64,000 nucleotides of DNA from Eukaryota sp. TZLM1-RC (GCA_040285825.1 JAUPSS010000001.1:2418001-2482000); one strand, 5' to 3'. Shown: positions 11,651 through 23,812, counted from the stretch's first letter. A program made the numbers and translations. Notes: generated by a model from the sequence alone, not told the origin.

Positions 11651-13569
11651 TTTTTATTATATATTTATTGAATTTGCACACTTGATTAAATTAAATCATA
11701 ACTAATGGAACGACTATCATTAAACCAAGATTTCCTCTACAAAATCTTGATTTGCTTGCTGTCTAGCTAAAGCTTCTCTAATTCGATTGAAAAACCGCGG
11801 TAATCTATTAATAATGGCAAATTGAATCTGTGAACGCCATAAAAAAATATCAAATCTTTTCATTGTTTTTTCTTTCACCATTTTTTGGAAGTCATCCAAA
11901 AAAGTTTCTGCTTCAACTGATAATCTTCCATTTATCGAAAATGGGAAAGCAATAAAAACCAGCTGTGTATTTCTATCGACATTTGCGTCTTCAATTTCTT
12001 TATCATATTTTCTATGTTTTTCTTTTGCTTTAAAATCCAGAGCAGCCACAGGATTAAGTTTTCTTCTGTGAACCAAAGTATCGTTTGCAACATTACATGA
12101 GACAAAGTCAACAATAACTTCAGAATTATCAATCCAATCACAGTATACATCACCTCTATCATCAGAACCAAAATTATTCAGAGAAAGTGTTTCCTTCAGC
12201 AGGGGCTCTTTGATACACGATATCCTTGCAGTTTGTGCCATATTGAAAACAGTGTCTCTAACAGCATCATGTAATGAAGAACGATAAGTTATCAATTTAG
12301 AGCAATTTAGAGCATGGCGCAAAGTGAGTTGAGGTGAATTCGAACAAATACATTTTTCTTTTGATAATAATTGGTTAATGGGGATGTTCAAATATAATCT
12401 CATTTTTGTTACAAATGCTTCATTAGTGGCACACAATCCAAATCTTCGTGGTACAATGGTTACAAAAAGTGAAGAATCTGACGCCTTGTTTTCACAAACA
12501 CCCTTTTCCAATAACAATGAGTGAAGATCTTGATTTAAAACAGCCGAGCTGCAAATATTATTATAAAGATCTTTTTCATACATTCCAGTCAATCTTTTCT
12601 GTAATGTTCGAAGAGTGTACTTCAAATTTAAAACATTTTTTTCTGGAATATTGCCATTGAATGATTGGGGAAAACATCTACCCCATTTTTCTACATCAAT
12701 TCTTGAAATTTCTTCATTTAATGCAAAAACAGTGGAACTTTGCGTTGTCATCAATAAATCTTCCCAATCTGCAAATCTTTCGGAAAACTCAAAGATTGCA
12801 TTTCTGCATCCACCAACAAAAGCACACGAGGTAAGAATAGAAGCCTTCGTCCACCCTAAACCACCATAATGTGGACTAAGGTAAGCATGATCTGGAATTT
12901 GAAACATTTTACATCCAAGTAATTGAGACAGAACTTTTGCACGTAACTCATTAAACTTTTGAGCCAAAGGTCTAGTGACGAGAGGATTTGTAGATCGAAA
13001 TATATGATTAAAATTGGAACTAAAACACAGTCTTATAATGGTAAATTTGATGTGTTTTTTTATATCTAAATTCATCATTCGGTCAATTTTGTCAGAAATT
13101 GAGTTCAACTTTTCAAACAATTTTTTGGTAATTTCATCATTATTTCCTAAAAATGAACCCAAATGACGAATAGCATCAATTGAATATAATTTGGCTTGAA
13201 TTTCAATATCATCAATTATTGTGGAAACTGGAGAATTCGATAACAAAACACATTTAAGTAAATTAAGTCGGAGACCAATTTTGGTAAATAATTCTTTAAA
13301 ACATACAGTTGCTTTTTTCACAATATTTAAATCACCAATAAGCACAACATCATCCATATATGCAATCATTTTTAGTGAAGGAAACATCTCTTGAATTTGC
13401 AGTAGAATAGGATGAATGGCCAAACAAAACAAAAGAGGTCCTAACGGATCTCCTTGCTTTACGCCACTTGATGAACTCAAAATGTTGTTACCAAAATGTA
13501 AATTAGAATATGTGCAATATGTTGATTGAAAATATGGTATTAATTCCGGCATATATTGCAATAGAGCAC
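11651..13569 (-). mobile_element. 5'-truncated CRE-like non-LTR retrotransposon (RT + CCHC + RLE), family A; ORF 11720-13594
   Basis: GVKQGDPLGPLLF, AYMDD, GGLG, C-x-C...H-xxx-C knuckle, SLHDAVRD, RGD...VD, EKHRKY. Possible 8-bp TSD ATATTGAA at 11643-11650 and 13570-13577. Confidence 0.92.
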
Positions 13570-13724
13570 ATATTGAAATAAAAACATTTTTCACCTCATT
13601 AACATGTTATAAAACAAACGGTTTGTTGCATAGTGGAATTATTTTCACTTTAACGAAAATTATTTGTTAGATATTTGAAACCATGCAACTAGAATAAATA
13701 TTATTAAACATTTTATTAACCTGA

Positions 13725-14720
13725 CTAATGAGTTAATAACTTTTCCATTGCACTTTGGAAGACTACACTAGCATCTGTAATCACAATCTTTTCACTATTC
13801 TTAACTGAATCCCATTGAGAATGAGGATGTGAATTTGTAGCTACAATCTTTGCCAAGTGGGACTTCTCCAACATTTCAATGACCTGCTGATTGCTGGCAG
13901 CAAAGTGACTAACCACTGCATATACAGCTGTTGCACCATTCTCGAGATACGCGTCACATGCAGCAACAAGAGTTCCTCCAGATCTTATCATATCATCAAA
14001 AATGATGACACTTTTCCCTTCTACATCACCAATAACGTTGCTTACACGAATCTTTTCAAATGTTCTTTTTTTATCAATAAAAGCCATGTTAACATGAAAG
14101 TACCGTGCATAACTTTGAATCCAAAGGGGTCTTCCTAAATCAGATGAACCAAAGAGAAAGTTCTCCTTGGGGGTTATGAGAGGACAAATGTGTTCTATAA
14201 TGGCATCACGCAAAACCTTTTCTGAATACAGTTCCAAAGCGATAACGTTTTCAATAAAATATTGAATGGTTTGAACATGAAGATCGAGGAAGAGAAAAAC
14301 ATTGCCAAGACCCATTGAAGGAATGGTACTGAGGAGTCTAGCATTGGCCTTCGCTGTGACAATTTCTCCTGGAATTTGAGCTCTTTCCATGGTTGAGTAG
14401 CCATAGAAGGGGGTAATGAAGACTCTTCTTCTGGTACCTAGCGTTGCCAATTGTTGGCCAACTCGAAGTAGGAAGAGAAAAGCTTGGTCGGTTTGAGTAC
14501 CACAAACAAGAATAGTATCACGTCCCACTAGATCCAGATGATCATCTATTGGAATTCGATAGTAGTCTTCGCCATTGGAGAACTTTTTGTTACAAATAGG
14601 GACAGGGGTAATGTTTAATGATTTACCAAGTAGTTCTCCAAAGTAATGACTCTCCGGAGCGGTAAAAAGCAAGGGTTTAAGGCCATTTGGAAGTGACTTA
14701 CATTCAGAAGTGTCAGACAT
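13725..14720 (-). CDS. PRS: Ribose-phosphate pyrophosphokinase (PRPP synthetase)
   Basis: KFSNGE, PFYGYSTMER, DLH, IGDVEGKSVIIFDDMIRSGGTL (PRPP-binding loop), TNS. Confidence 0.93.
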   Translation of the reverse strand: MSDTSECKSLPNGLKPLLFTAPESHYFGELLGKSLNITPVPICNKKFSNGEDYYRIPIDDHLDLVGRDTILVCGTQTDQAFLFLLRVGQQLATLGTRRRVFITPFYGYSTMERAQIPGEIVTAKANARLLSTIPSMGLGNVFLFLDLHVQTIQYFIENVIALELYSEKVLRDAIIEHICPLITPKENFLFGSSDLGRPLWIQSYARYFHVNMAFIDKKRTFEKIRVSNVIGDVEGKSVIIFDDMIRSGGTLVAACDAYLENGATAVYAVVSHFAASNQQVIEMLEKSHLAKIVATNSHPHSQWDSVKNSEKIVITDASVVFQSAMEKLLTH

Positions 14721-14999
14721 GAGTTGAAAAGTCTGAAAATTTCAAAAATAGCCTTCACGACCCTAAAAGCCACACTTCCTATGTGGATGTAATGGTAAAC
14801 GTCATGTTATCTCTTTATAATGGATGGACGATACTTCATTTTTCAACATCTTTTCATTTTGTTTGGTTTCAGAATAAAGCATTTAAATCAAAAGAAACGA
14901 CATTTGTAACAAGTATTTTAGACACAGAGTTAAGCAAAGAATGAGAGATGACCAATAAATGTTTTAATAGTTTAATTTGGCAAAATAGAATAGATTTCC

Positions 15000-15155
15000 C
15001 ATTTCTATGGGGTTGTTGATACTTGTTGGTACTGATACCTCTCGGATCTCACTATGGCAGAGTACCTTCTGATTGTTTTGTAATGGCAGTTATGAATTAT
15101 TTGGATGTTGAATTCCAAGTAATTTTTTTTAATTAATTCTAATAATTGAAAATAA
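15000..15155 (+). mobile_element. Decayed 3' tail of CRE-like element (family F)
   Basis: Similar to 53385-53530 and, inverted, to 49930-50040 and 55530-55650 (CTGAT...GGATCTCACTATG...TGTTTTGT). Confidence 0.5.
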
Positions 15156-15335
15156 AGATTGTATCTGTATCTTACAACGAATATATTATTAAATTCATTA
15201 AATATATAAATAAATCAGTATTTGTTCGATTCAATTGTTTCGCTACTACTATACAAAAAATCCTATTTAGCAAAATTTAATTTCGCACAAGTGATAAAAA
15301 ATTGATATACTGTACATTTATTTCAGAATCACTTT

Positions 15336-16694
15336 TCACCCAATACTCATCGCAACTCTTTCTGCATTCAACCGAGCCAATCTTCTCGCCGCTCTTTCGT
15401 TCTTTCTTTCAAATTGTCTAAGTTCATTTGTCAACATTTCGCTTAAACGATGAATTCTCTCTTTTCGCTCTCTTTTCAACTTCTCATTTTCCAATTTTTC
15501 AGCCTTTGCTGCTTTTACTAATAATTTATGTTTTTCCTTCATAGCATCCTGAACCGCTCGATAACCTGATATTAATTGGTGTTCCACGTCACTACTGGCT
15601 TTTGCTACAGATTCCTTTGCTCGTCGAGCCACTTCATGAGACAGTCGTTGTTCTTCTATTTGTAGCTGTTTTTGTTCATGTAATGCCACTTTTAACGCAT
15701 TGAGGAAAGCTCCATCGGTGGGAGTCGAACGTGTGACCTTGTCAAACATTTGATTGAGAGCAGAGGTTGGATTCTCCTCGCGTTTTACGGAAAAAGACTT
15801 TGCTTTGGCAGAAATAGAATCCAAATGCTGATTTCTTCGGTTAAAAGCGTTTGAAATTGACTTTGAGGTTCGCTGAACTGATTCAAATGAGTCAACCAAA
15901 TGGGAAAGTTCAAAATTCAGGCGATTGACTTCCTTTGAAGTTTGTGGAATTTTTGAAAGTTGATTATATTCAAACAATGACTGGGAAACTTTACTTGCAG
16001 ATGATGCTGGATAATTAAGAGCTTCAATCAATTTTGATTGATTAAGCTTCCTTGATTTTGGTCTTTTTGGTTTTGGTATACGTCGAAAAGATCCGGATGA
16101 CGATAGAGTCTTTTTTCTGCCTAAAGGGGGTCTGCTCATAGGTCTCGCTACTGCTTGACTTTGCTTGACTGTTTGACTTTGCTTGACTTCTGATTCTAAC
16201 GCTGCTCGTAGTTTTTCCAACCTAGACATATGTAAATCCGCATCGGTTAAGGGATTCCTCCTTTCTTTAGTACCTTTACCTTTGGTAAACCTTGTGGGTT
16301 TTCTCGCTGGTTGAGGGCTTCTGGATAAAGGGAAGACCCCTGCAAGTGCTGCTAGAATGTTCATCACTTGGTGTACTTCAAACGGATGTTTTTTCAACAG
16401 TGACCTGGGATTGATTGAATCAACAGGTATGTTTAAATCATGGGTAAGAAAGTTAAGAACTTGGTGAAAGTTATCTAAGTGCTCTTGCTTAGTTGTAGGA
16501 GGTCTGTGTATTGATAAAAGACGACGAGAGAAGATTCGTTCCAACACTACAACACAAAATGAACTCGAGAAGTCTGAGAATGATTGGAATGGAACAGGAA
16601 GATCTAGCTTCTGAGTAATGGCTTGAGCTAAGGCTAATGCTGCAGATTTGGCTGTTTCAGATTCCATAGTGCAATGTGCATTTGGATTGGCCAT
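15336..16694 (-). CDS. CEP95-like protein (N-terminal CH-like/DUF5745 domain + coiled coil)
   Basis: N-terminal PTTKQEHLDNFHQVLNFLTHDLNIPVDSINPRSLL resembles the CEP95 N-domain; long basic coiled coil. Start codon uncertain. Confidence 0.5.
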   Translation of the reverse strand: MANPNAHCTMESETAKSAALALAQAITQKLDLPVPFQSFSDFSSSFCVVVLERIFSRRLLSIHRPPTTKQEHLDNFHQVLNFLTHDLNIPVDSINPRSLLKKHPFEVHQVMNILAALAGVFPLSRSPQPARKPTRFTKGKGTKERRNPLTDADLHMSRLEKLRAALESEVKQSQTVKQSQAVARPMSRPPLGRKKTLSSSGSFRRIPKPKRPKSRKLNQSKLIEALNYPASSASKVSQSLFEYNQLSKIPQTSKEVNRLNFELSHLVDSFESVQRTSKSISNAFNRRNQHLDSISAKAKSFSVKREENPTSALNQMFDKVTRSTPTDGAFLNALKVALHEQKQLQIEEQRLSHEVARRAKESVAKASSDVEHQLISGYRAVQDAMKEKHKLLVKAAKAEKLENEKLKRERKERIHRLSEMLTNELRQFERKNERAARRLARLNAERVAMSIG

Positions 16695-16733
16695 TTCAGA
16701 TTGGAATCCCAAATCAAATTAGAAATCTAAAAA

Positions 16734-16817
16734 TCGAGCCTCTGGGAATTGAACCCAGGACATTTCGATAACTACAACATCTACAGTCGAATGCTCTACC
16801 AACTGAGCTAAGGCTCG
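16734..16817 (-). tRNA. tRNA-Tyr(GTA) with 11-nt intron
   Basis: Minus strand CGAGCCTTAGCTCAGTTGGTAGAGCATTCGACTGTAG-[ATGTTGTAGTT]-ATCGAAATGTCCTGGGTTCAATTCCCAGAGGCTCGA, followed by TTTTT. Confidence 0.95.
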
Positions 16818-17832
16818 TACTTGTCTTTTATGCCATTATTTTTCCAGCGGTACTCTTGTAACTAAGGACTGTCTGAACACTGTTGATGAGTAAGTGAACG
16901 AGCAAAATTGTTGAATGATTTAGGTGAATAATTACAACAAGCACAAATTTTTTCCACACAACCTGTCACAACAACTGCAACGGTTAAAACCACATGTGAA
17001 ACAACAATAATGGGATCTTTTGGAGGAAATCCCAACTGTGTTTTTTCCAGCTCTATTTTCCCACCCATTGTTTCCTTCGACAAGGAATTTTGTAGATTAT
17101 ACATATGTACACATATACAAATATATCCCAAAACGCTGAGTAACGTGTATTTGATAAACAAGTGCATTTTTATTGAGGTTTTTTTGGTGAATTACACCAT
17201 TTCGAGGATTTTTTTTAGAAAATTGTGGTAAACTAAATAGTCAGTTCTGTGTAAGTTGAGTTCTTCAGATCTAGTAATGATAATTCCACTTTGTTTCGGA
17301 TTTGGTGATGGAATAATTCAATAACCAGAGTGATGAGTCATCAAAAAATTTATTCGAAAAATACGAAATAAAATTAATAATCCTTTTTAAATTCAACGAA
17401 TAAAAATTCTCAAAAAAATCAAAACTCAAAAAAAAATTCAAAACTCATCAGACAAAATGCATTGAACCATCATTTCCTGTACTAGTTTGACCTGCTTGAT
17501 TTCTCGATGTAGCATATTTTATACAAATAAGTAGATGTAAGTTGACTTGAAATTGTTGATGCAACATCTCTCATTTTTGTTATTCCCGTGAACCTTTTTT
17601 CGAGAAATTGTCAATACTTTCTGTTTTGAGAGAAAGTATGCTATTTAAAATAAATTGAAAAGCAATATAATCAAGTTGTCTATGTCTATAAACAAAAAAT
17701 TCTTCAATATGATCACTATGTTTTGAATCCGAGTGGATCTATTTGCTGTAGTATTCCCACCTGACCTACAGTATCATTTGAAACATCACACGTTGGTTTA
17801 TATTGGAGGTAAAATTAAATACATTTCGCTTT

Positions 17833-18022
17833 GGTTCAAAATAGAAAACTGAATTCTGTAGATGCTCTTGAATTTAAAAAACAATAAAACATAGACAATA
17901 TGACAAAGATATCGAAGAAGCTAATGCTAATAGAAAAGAACCACTTGTTTTTATTACTTCTCCCATTTTCTATAAACGGAAGACTATCAGTAAGAGCAGT
18001 AACTTTTTTGAATGAATTCATG
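17833..18022 (+). mobile_element. Decayed RLE-region fragment of family A-related CRE-like element
   Basis: Aligns by eye to the KHRKYDK...FSINGRLSV region of the other copies. Confidence 0.7.
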
Positions 18023-19930
18023 GTGCTCTATTGCAATATATGCCAGAATTAATACCATATTTTCAATCAACATATTGCACATATTCTAATTTACATTTTG
18101 GTAACAACATTTTGATTTCATCAAGTGGCGTAAAGCAAGGAGATCCGTTAGGACCTCTTTTGTTTTGTTTGACCATTCATCCTATTCTACTGCAAATCCA
18201 AGAGATGTTTCCTTCATTAAAAATGATTGCATATATGGATGATGTTGTGCTTATTGGTGAATTAAATATTGTGAAAAAAGCAACGGTATGTTTTAAAGAA
18301 TTATTTACCAAAATTGGTCTCCGACTTAATTTACTTAAATGTGTTTTGTTATCGAATTCTCCAGTTTCCACAATAATTGATGATATTGAAATTCAAGCCA
18401 AATTATATTCAATTGATGCTATTCGTCATTTGGGTTCGTTTTTAGGAAATAATGATGAAATTACCAAAAATTTGTTTGAAAAGTTGAACTCAATTTCTGA
18501 CAAAATTGACCGAATGATGAATTTAGATATAAAAAAACACATCAAATTTACCATTATAAGACTGTGTTTTAGTTCCAATTATAATCATATATTTCGATCT
18601 ACAAATCCTCTCGTCACTAGACCTTTGGCTCAAAAGTTTAATGAGTTACGTGCAAAAGTTCTGTCTCAATTACTGGGATGTAAAATGTTTCAAATTCCAG
18701 ATCATGCTTACCTTAGTCCACAATATGGTGGTTTAGGGTGGACGAAGGCTTCTATTCTTACCTCGTGTGCTTTTGTTGGTGGATGCAGAAATGCAATCTT
18801 TGAGTTCTCCGAAAGATTTGCAGATTGGGAAGATTTATTGATGACAACGCAAAGTTCCACTGTTTTTGCATTAAATGAAGAAATTTCAAGAATTGATGTA
18901 GAAAAATGGGGTCGATGTTTTCCCCAATCATTCAATGGCAATATTCCAGAAAAAATGTTTTAAATTTGAAGTACACTCTTCGAACATTACAGAAAAGATT
19001 GACTGGAATGTATGAAAAAGATCTTTATAATAATATTTGCAGCTCGGCTGTTTTAAATCAAGATTTTCACTCATTGTTATTGGAAAAGGGTGTTTGTGAA
19101 AACAAGGTGTCAGATTCTTCACTTTTTGTAACCATTGTACCACGAAGATTTGGATTGTGTGCTACTAATGAAGCATTTGTAACAAAAATGAGATTATATT
19201 TGAACATCCCCATTAACCAATTATTATCAAAAGAAAAATGTATTTGTTCGAATTCACCTCAACTCACTTTGCGCCATGCTCTAAATTGCTCTAAATTGAT
19301 AACTTATCGTTCTTCATTACATGATGCTGTTAGAGACACTGTTTTCAATATGGCACAAACTGCAAGGATATCGTGTATCAAAGAGCCCCTGCTGAAAGAA
19401 ACACTTTCTCTGAATAATTTTGGTTCTGATGATAGAGGTGATGTATACTGTGATTGGATTGATAATTCTGAAGCTATTGTTGACTTTGTCTCATGTAATG
19501 TTGCAAACGATACTTTGGTTCACAGAAGAAAACTTAATCCTGTGGCTGCTCTGGATTTTAAAGCAAAAGAAAAACATAGAAAATATGATAAAGAAATTGA
19601 AGATGCAAATATCGATAGAAATACACAGCTGGTTTTTATTGCTTTTCCATTTTTTGATAAATGATAGATTATCAGTTGAAGCAGAAACTTTTTTGGACGA
19701 CTTCCAAAAAATGGTTAAAGAAAAAACAATGAAAAGATTTGATATTTTTTTATGGCGTTCACGGATTCAATTTGCCATAAGTAATAGATTACCTCGGTTT
19801 TTCAATCGAATTAAAGAAGCTTTAGCAAGACAGCAAGTAGATCAAGATTCTGTAGAGGAAGACTTGGTTCAATGAATCTCGTCCCATTAGTTATGAGTTG
19901 ATTTTGTTAAGTGTAGAAGCTCAATAAACC
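18023..19930 (+). mobile_element. 5'-truncated CRE-like non-LTR retrotransposon, family A (frameshifted)
   Basis: ORFs 18031-18963, 18906-19664 and 19420-19875 are near-identical to 11720-13594. Confidence 0.92.
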
Positions 19931-20309
19931 TAAAATATTGGTTTGTGACACAAGTTGGTGTTTACAACTTCAGGTTAAATTCAATCAAAGTCAATATTAC
20001 ATGTTATCAGAACCAACATTGTTCAATGATAGTCTACTTTCAATAAGGCATCACTGAAACAAGAGATCTGCATTTCTGGCTAAATTGAAAATCGTGGCTC
20101 TAATCTTTGGCGCGCAATGGTCACAAATAGTGAGCATTGGTATTGATTTTGTAACTGAACTTCTATTTGTTTATATTCACTTTGTGTAACAAGATAAACG
20201 GCTGTGCAGGTGGTAGAAGAGCGCCTGTGTAATGTGAATTGCACATTGCGTGTGTTTTGAAGAGTAGAGTTCCAGACACAATTGCTACAAATTCCGCCAT
20301 GACGGTCGT

Positions 20310-21138
20310 TGATGCCGTTAGGCAGATGAACACACGAAGGAGAGAGAGAAATCTGAGTTTATTAATAAAACTGATTCATAAACGAGTATCACGTCATCAG
20401 TCAAAATACAATGAAACCTACTAATTCAATTTAAGTTCGACAACAACACTACCTTTTCCCATTTTTCTGAGGACAAATACAGTACTGGCTCAATAGAGGG
20501 GAGATATGGGGTTTGTTAAATTCTCCGGTGCATCGATGGTATGAGAACGTTGGATACCTACGAAAAGAAGTCCTCTGGCAAATCGGTTCAGAAAAGCTAT
20601 GTCTGGCAACTTCAGTCCGGAAGCCCTACTCTTTACCTGGAAAAAAAACGTCGCAGGTGACAGGACATACGTTCTCGGACGTCACCAATACGGACATAAA
20701 GCATCAGTTCTGACATAGCCAGACTAAAATCTTCGTACATGGCGAACGATACGACAGATTGTAGATGTCTGAGAAGAACATCGTCACTGGATCAGCCGTC
20801 GGATTTCTGGAGAGATAGGGACTCTAACAGAAAAGAATCGACCAAGAGTCTTGCTGGAACAAGCTCTTTCTTAGGAGTCACCGAAGAATAAATCTTTCAC
20901 TCCTATAGGAACAGAAGAACACTTTCAACTTTCATGGAAGAAAGAGACGTCAGGTTAACAGAGGGAACAGTCATCTGAAATAAGAAGGCCAATAATTATT
21001 GATGCCGTTAGGCAGATGAACACACGAAGGAGAGAGAGAAATCTGAGTTTATTAATAAAACTGATTCATAAACGAGTATCACGTCATCAGTCAAAATACA
21101 ATGAAACCTACTAATTCAATTTAAGTTCGACAACAACA
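20310..21138 (-). mobile_element. 829-bp non-autonomous LTR retroelement (TRIM-like) with identical 139-bp LTRs
   Basis: LTRs at 20310-20448 and 21000-21138 (TG...CA); 4-bp TSD TCGT (20306-20309, 21139-21142); minus-strand PPT AGAAAAATGGGAAAAGGTAG next to the 3' LTR; internal stop-riddled gag-like N-terminus. Confidence 0.92.
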
Positions 21139-21482
21139 TCGTTCTCAAAATACTTTTAATAATATAAACTTCATCAGTTCTTAGCAGACACCATTATTAA
21201 TACAAGCACAGATTGTAATTGTTATGTTCTATTGTAATCTTCACCTTGTTTACTGCATTTCTACAACAGTAGAAGTTGAGACATATCTACTGTTTGACCT
21301 CTGTTGAATAATGCTTATTAGTTAATTTCACGATTTAATTTTTGGTGTTTGTTGTTGAAATTAAACCTTAGCAGATCACAGTCATTCCAGTGTAATGAAT
21401 GATTAATTATAACAAACGAAATATCTGTCAAGTTATATGTTTCAAAATGTACACGTTTTTGAAACTTGATAAAATAGAATTG

Positions 21483-21847
21483 ATAAATATTATGCAAAGT
21501 TGTTATCCTTGAATGCTGAATCTCACACTCATTATGTCCTTTGTCCATTTGCTTTTTCCTGACATGGTACGCTTGGACCACTTGCTCTATCATTTTTGGA
21601 CCATTTTATTGAAATTGTAAAAACAACGTACAGGAAAATTTTCGACAAAACATTGTGGCAGAACAGAATTGTATTTTGAATTTTTAAAGGTGTCGTCTCC
21701 TTGGTGTCTTCTGCTTTATTATCTCTTGGTCGCTTGTATGAAGGAAAAACATTCAGTCAATTCTTTTTGGGTGATTTGGGATATGAAGATCTAGAATTTC
21801 AATTTGTGTTGTTTAGATTTTCGTTGGAATAAATTTAATTAAATAAA
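21483..21847 (+). mobile_element. 3' fragment of CRE-like element (family E)
   Basis: CPFAFS.HGTLGPLA...VKQRTG...WQNRIV; homologous to 25600-25960 and 37232-37517. Confidence 0.8.
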
Positions 21848-22173
21848 TTTTTTTTGAAACTGTGGTTCACAACTTTTGTATAATTTACATGTTGTATTCG
21901 TTTAATGATTATTTAATTGATCATTCATGATGAGAATATTGAATCATGCAGATTAAGCCACTAGCATAATTTTGGACACCAATTTCGTTGTATCTAACTG
22001 ATGTCATAGAACATGCAATCACTGTTTATGGTTCATCATAATGCACACTTTCAATTAACCTATCCTTATTAATCTTTTATCAGCACAAATCGTACATCAA
22101 TAATCTACGACAACGATAGAGCTGATTTGTAAAAGAATAGTCACAAAATATCGGAGAAATTATAATGAGAATA

Positions 22174-22257
22174 TCGAGCCTCTGGGAATTGAACCCAGGA
22201 CATTTCGATACCTACAACATCTACAGTCGAATGCTCTACCAACTGAGCTAAGGCTCG
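22174..22257 (-). tRNA. tRNA-Tyr(GTA) with 11-nt intron
   Basis: Identical to 16734-16817 except for one intron base. Confidence 0.95.
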
Positions 22258-22654
22258 GACCTCTGCTGTTGAAATGCACTAACTGTAGGCTTTAGAGTAG
22301 AATCTGAGCAACCCAAAAGTCAACCATTTACTGATTTCGCTGTTGAAGGTAACTACAATTAGTACAACGTAGATTCAAAACGACTGAAAATGACCCACGA
22401 TTTATGTAAAACATGTGAAGATAAGTGAAATAAAATGGCTGAACAAGACCTCAACAAAACTTAGTTTGATGTAGATGAATTGCTCTTGGTTCTCGCCTAC
22501 ATTTAGTCGCTTTGTTGATCTATTCATTCTTTATTAATTTTTATATATCGTAATTATTGTTAAATGAATGAAGAATACATTGAACTGCAAATAAAATAAT
22601 GATATTTATGACCATTTAAAAACTAAAATATTAAAATTAATCTAAACCTATAGT

Positions 22655-23440
22655 TTATCTAATAGTAGATCCATTGGGTAAATCACAAGTACAGGAATGA
22701 CCGCCAACTACCAGCTTCTTACCACTAAAAGTAGCGACTCCTTCGTGGACAGAAAGATTAGGAACAATCTTATTCCAAGTTTTGGAGTTGCAGACCTTAT
22801 TGGGTTCGGGTAATTGTTCGTGTCCTTCAAGACCCACTCTACTTCCTATGCTGGCACCAGAAGGAGGTTCTACTAGACGTACAGCTTCATTGGATCCAGT
22901 TCCGGCAAGTACCATTACTTCACTCAGCTGGCCGACCATCTTACTGGGCTTAAGATTACCAGCAATAACAACTTCCTTATTGAGAAGATCTGAGGGATCA
23001 AAGAAAGGTTTGAGGCCAGCGACAACTTGTTTTTGTTCGCCACCTACATCGATCATACCCTTGAGTAGCTTGTCTGCTCCTTCTACAGGTCCGATTTCGA
23101 CGATCTTTCCAACAAGTAGAAGAGCTTTAGCGAAAGTTTCAATATCAGCTTCTTGTTGTGAGGATTCTTCCTTCTGCGCAACAGGCTTGGGTGACTTTTT
23201 GACTGACTTTTCCACAGTCTTCTTCTTGAGAGCATTGAGATCGATAGGAGAGAGCTCAACAGGAGGACGGATATCTTGTTCCTTATGAGAGCGAATAAGA
23301 CAGATGGGGCAGTGCTTTTCAAAGGGTTTGGTCATAACATAACCACATGTGTGCATAACACGACCTGATTGTTGAGCACCAACATTGAGTTGAGACTCTA
23401 TGTCCATGATCAGTTGATCAACTTGTTGCAGTGAACTCAT
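22655..23440 (-). CDS. tRNA-binding OB-fold protein (EMAP II/Arc1p/MetRS C-terminal-like)
   Basis: VGKIVE...ADKLL...IDVGGE..QVVAGL, NLKPSKMVGQLSEVMVLA, LVEPPSGASIGSRV. Confidence 0.88.
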   Translation of the reverse strand: MSSLQQVDQLIMDIESQLNVGAQQSGRVMHTCGYVMTKPFEKHCPICLIRSHKEQDIRPPVELSPIDLNALKKKTVEKSVKKSPKPVAQKEESSQQEADIETFAKALLLVGKIVEIGPVEGADKLLKGMIDVGGEQKQVVAGLKPFFDPSDLLNKEVVIAGNLKPSKMVGQLSEVMVLAGTGSNEAVRLVEPPSGASIGSRVGLEGHEQLPEPNKVCNSKTWNKIVPNLSVHEGVATFSGKKLVVGGHSCTCDLPNGSTIR

Positions 23441-23812
23441 TAATACAGCTATTGTCTAAACAATGGACGTAATTTTCACCTGTGATGGCAGGTTCTGTTT
23501 GGTTGAAAAATCGCAGACCTTTTTTTACCTTCAACCATAAAGTGCTTTCATAATTTTGGTTTCTATTCACCAATGTTTCACATGATTTACACATGGTAAA
23601 CCGGCTATGAATAGACATATCATGCCTCTTCCTTGGCCTTGGATATCTGAACAATCTAAGTGTATCAACTGTCTTTTCACCAACTTTACAATAGAAACAA
23701 CAACTTGTTTGAAATTTATCACTGCAAAAGACAAGCCTTATCAAATAAAATTCTCAAGTGTATTTTGTTTATTAGGTTCTTTGTATTTCATCTGCTTTTT
23801 CAGTCTCCAATT
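23441..23812 (-). pseudogene. Fanzor1 remnant (RuvC-II/Zn ribbon/RuvC-III + 3' terminus), same family as 3904-5121
   Basis: KQMKYKEPNK, DKFQTSCCFYC, PRPRKRHDMSIH..FTMCKSCETLVNRNQN; nucleotide similarity to 4650-5125. Confidence 0.85.

Noticed and set aside
14775-14840. tRNA-like start TCCTATGTGGATGTAATGGTAAAC
   Set aside because: No T arm (GTTC) or acceptor pairing.
20110-20120. E2F-like TTTGGCGCGC site
   Set aside because: Single short motif in TE-rich DNA with no adjacent gene start.
22782-23288. 168-aa antisense ORF and similar overlapping ORFs in the track
   Set aside because: Shadow frames of well-supported genes or retroelements.
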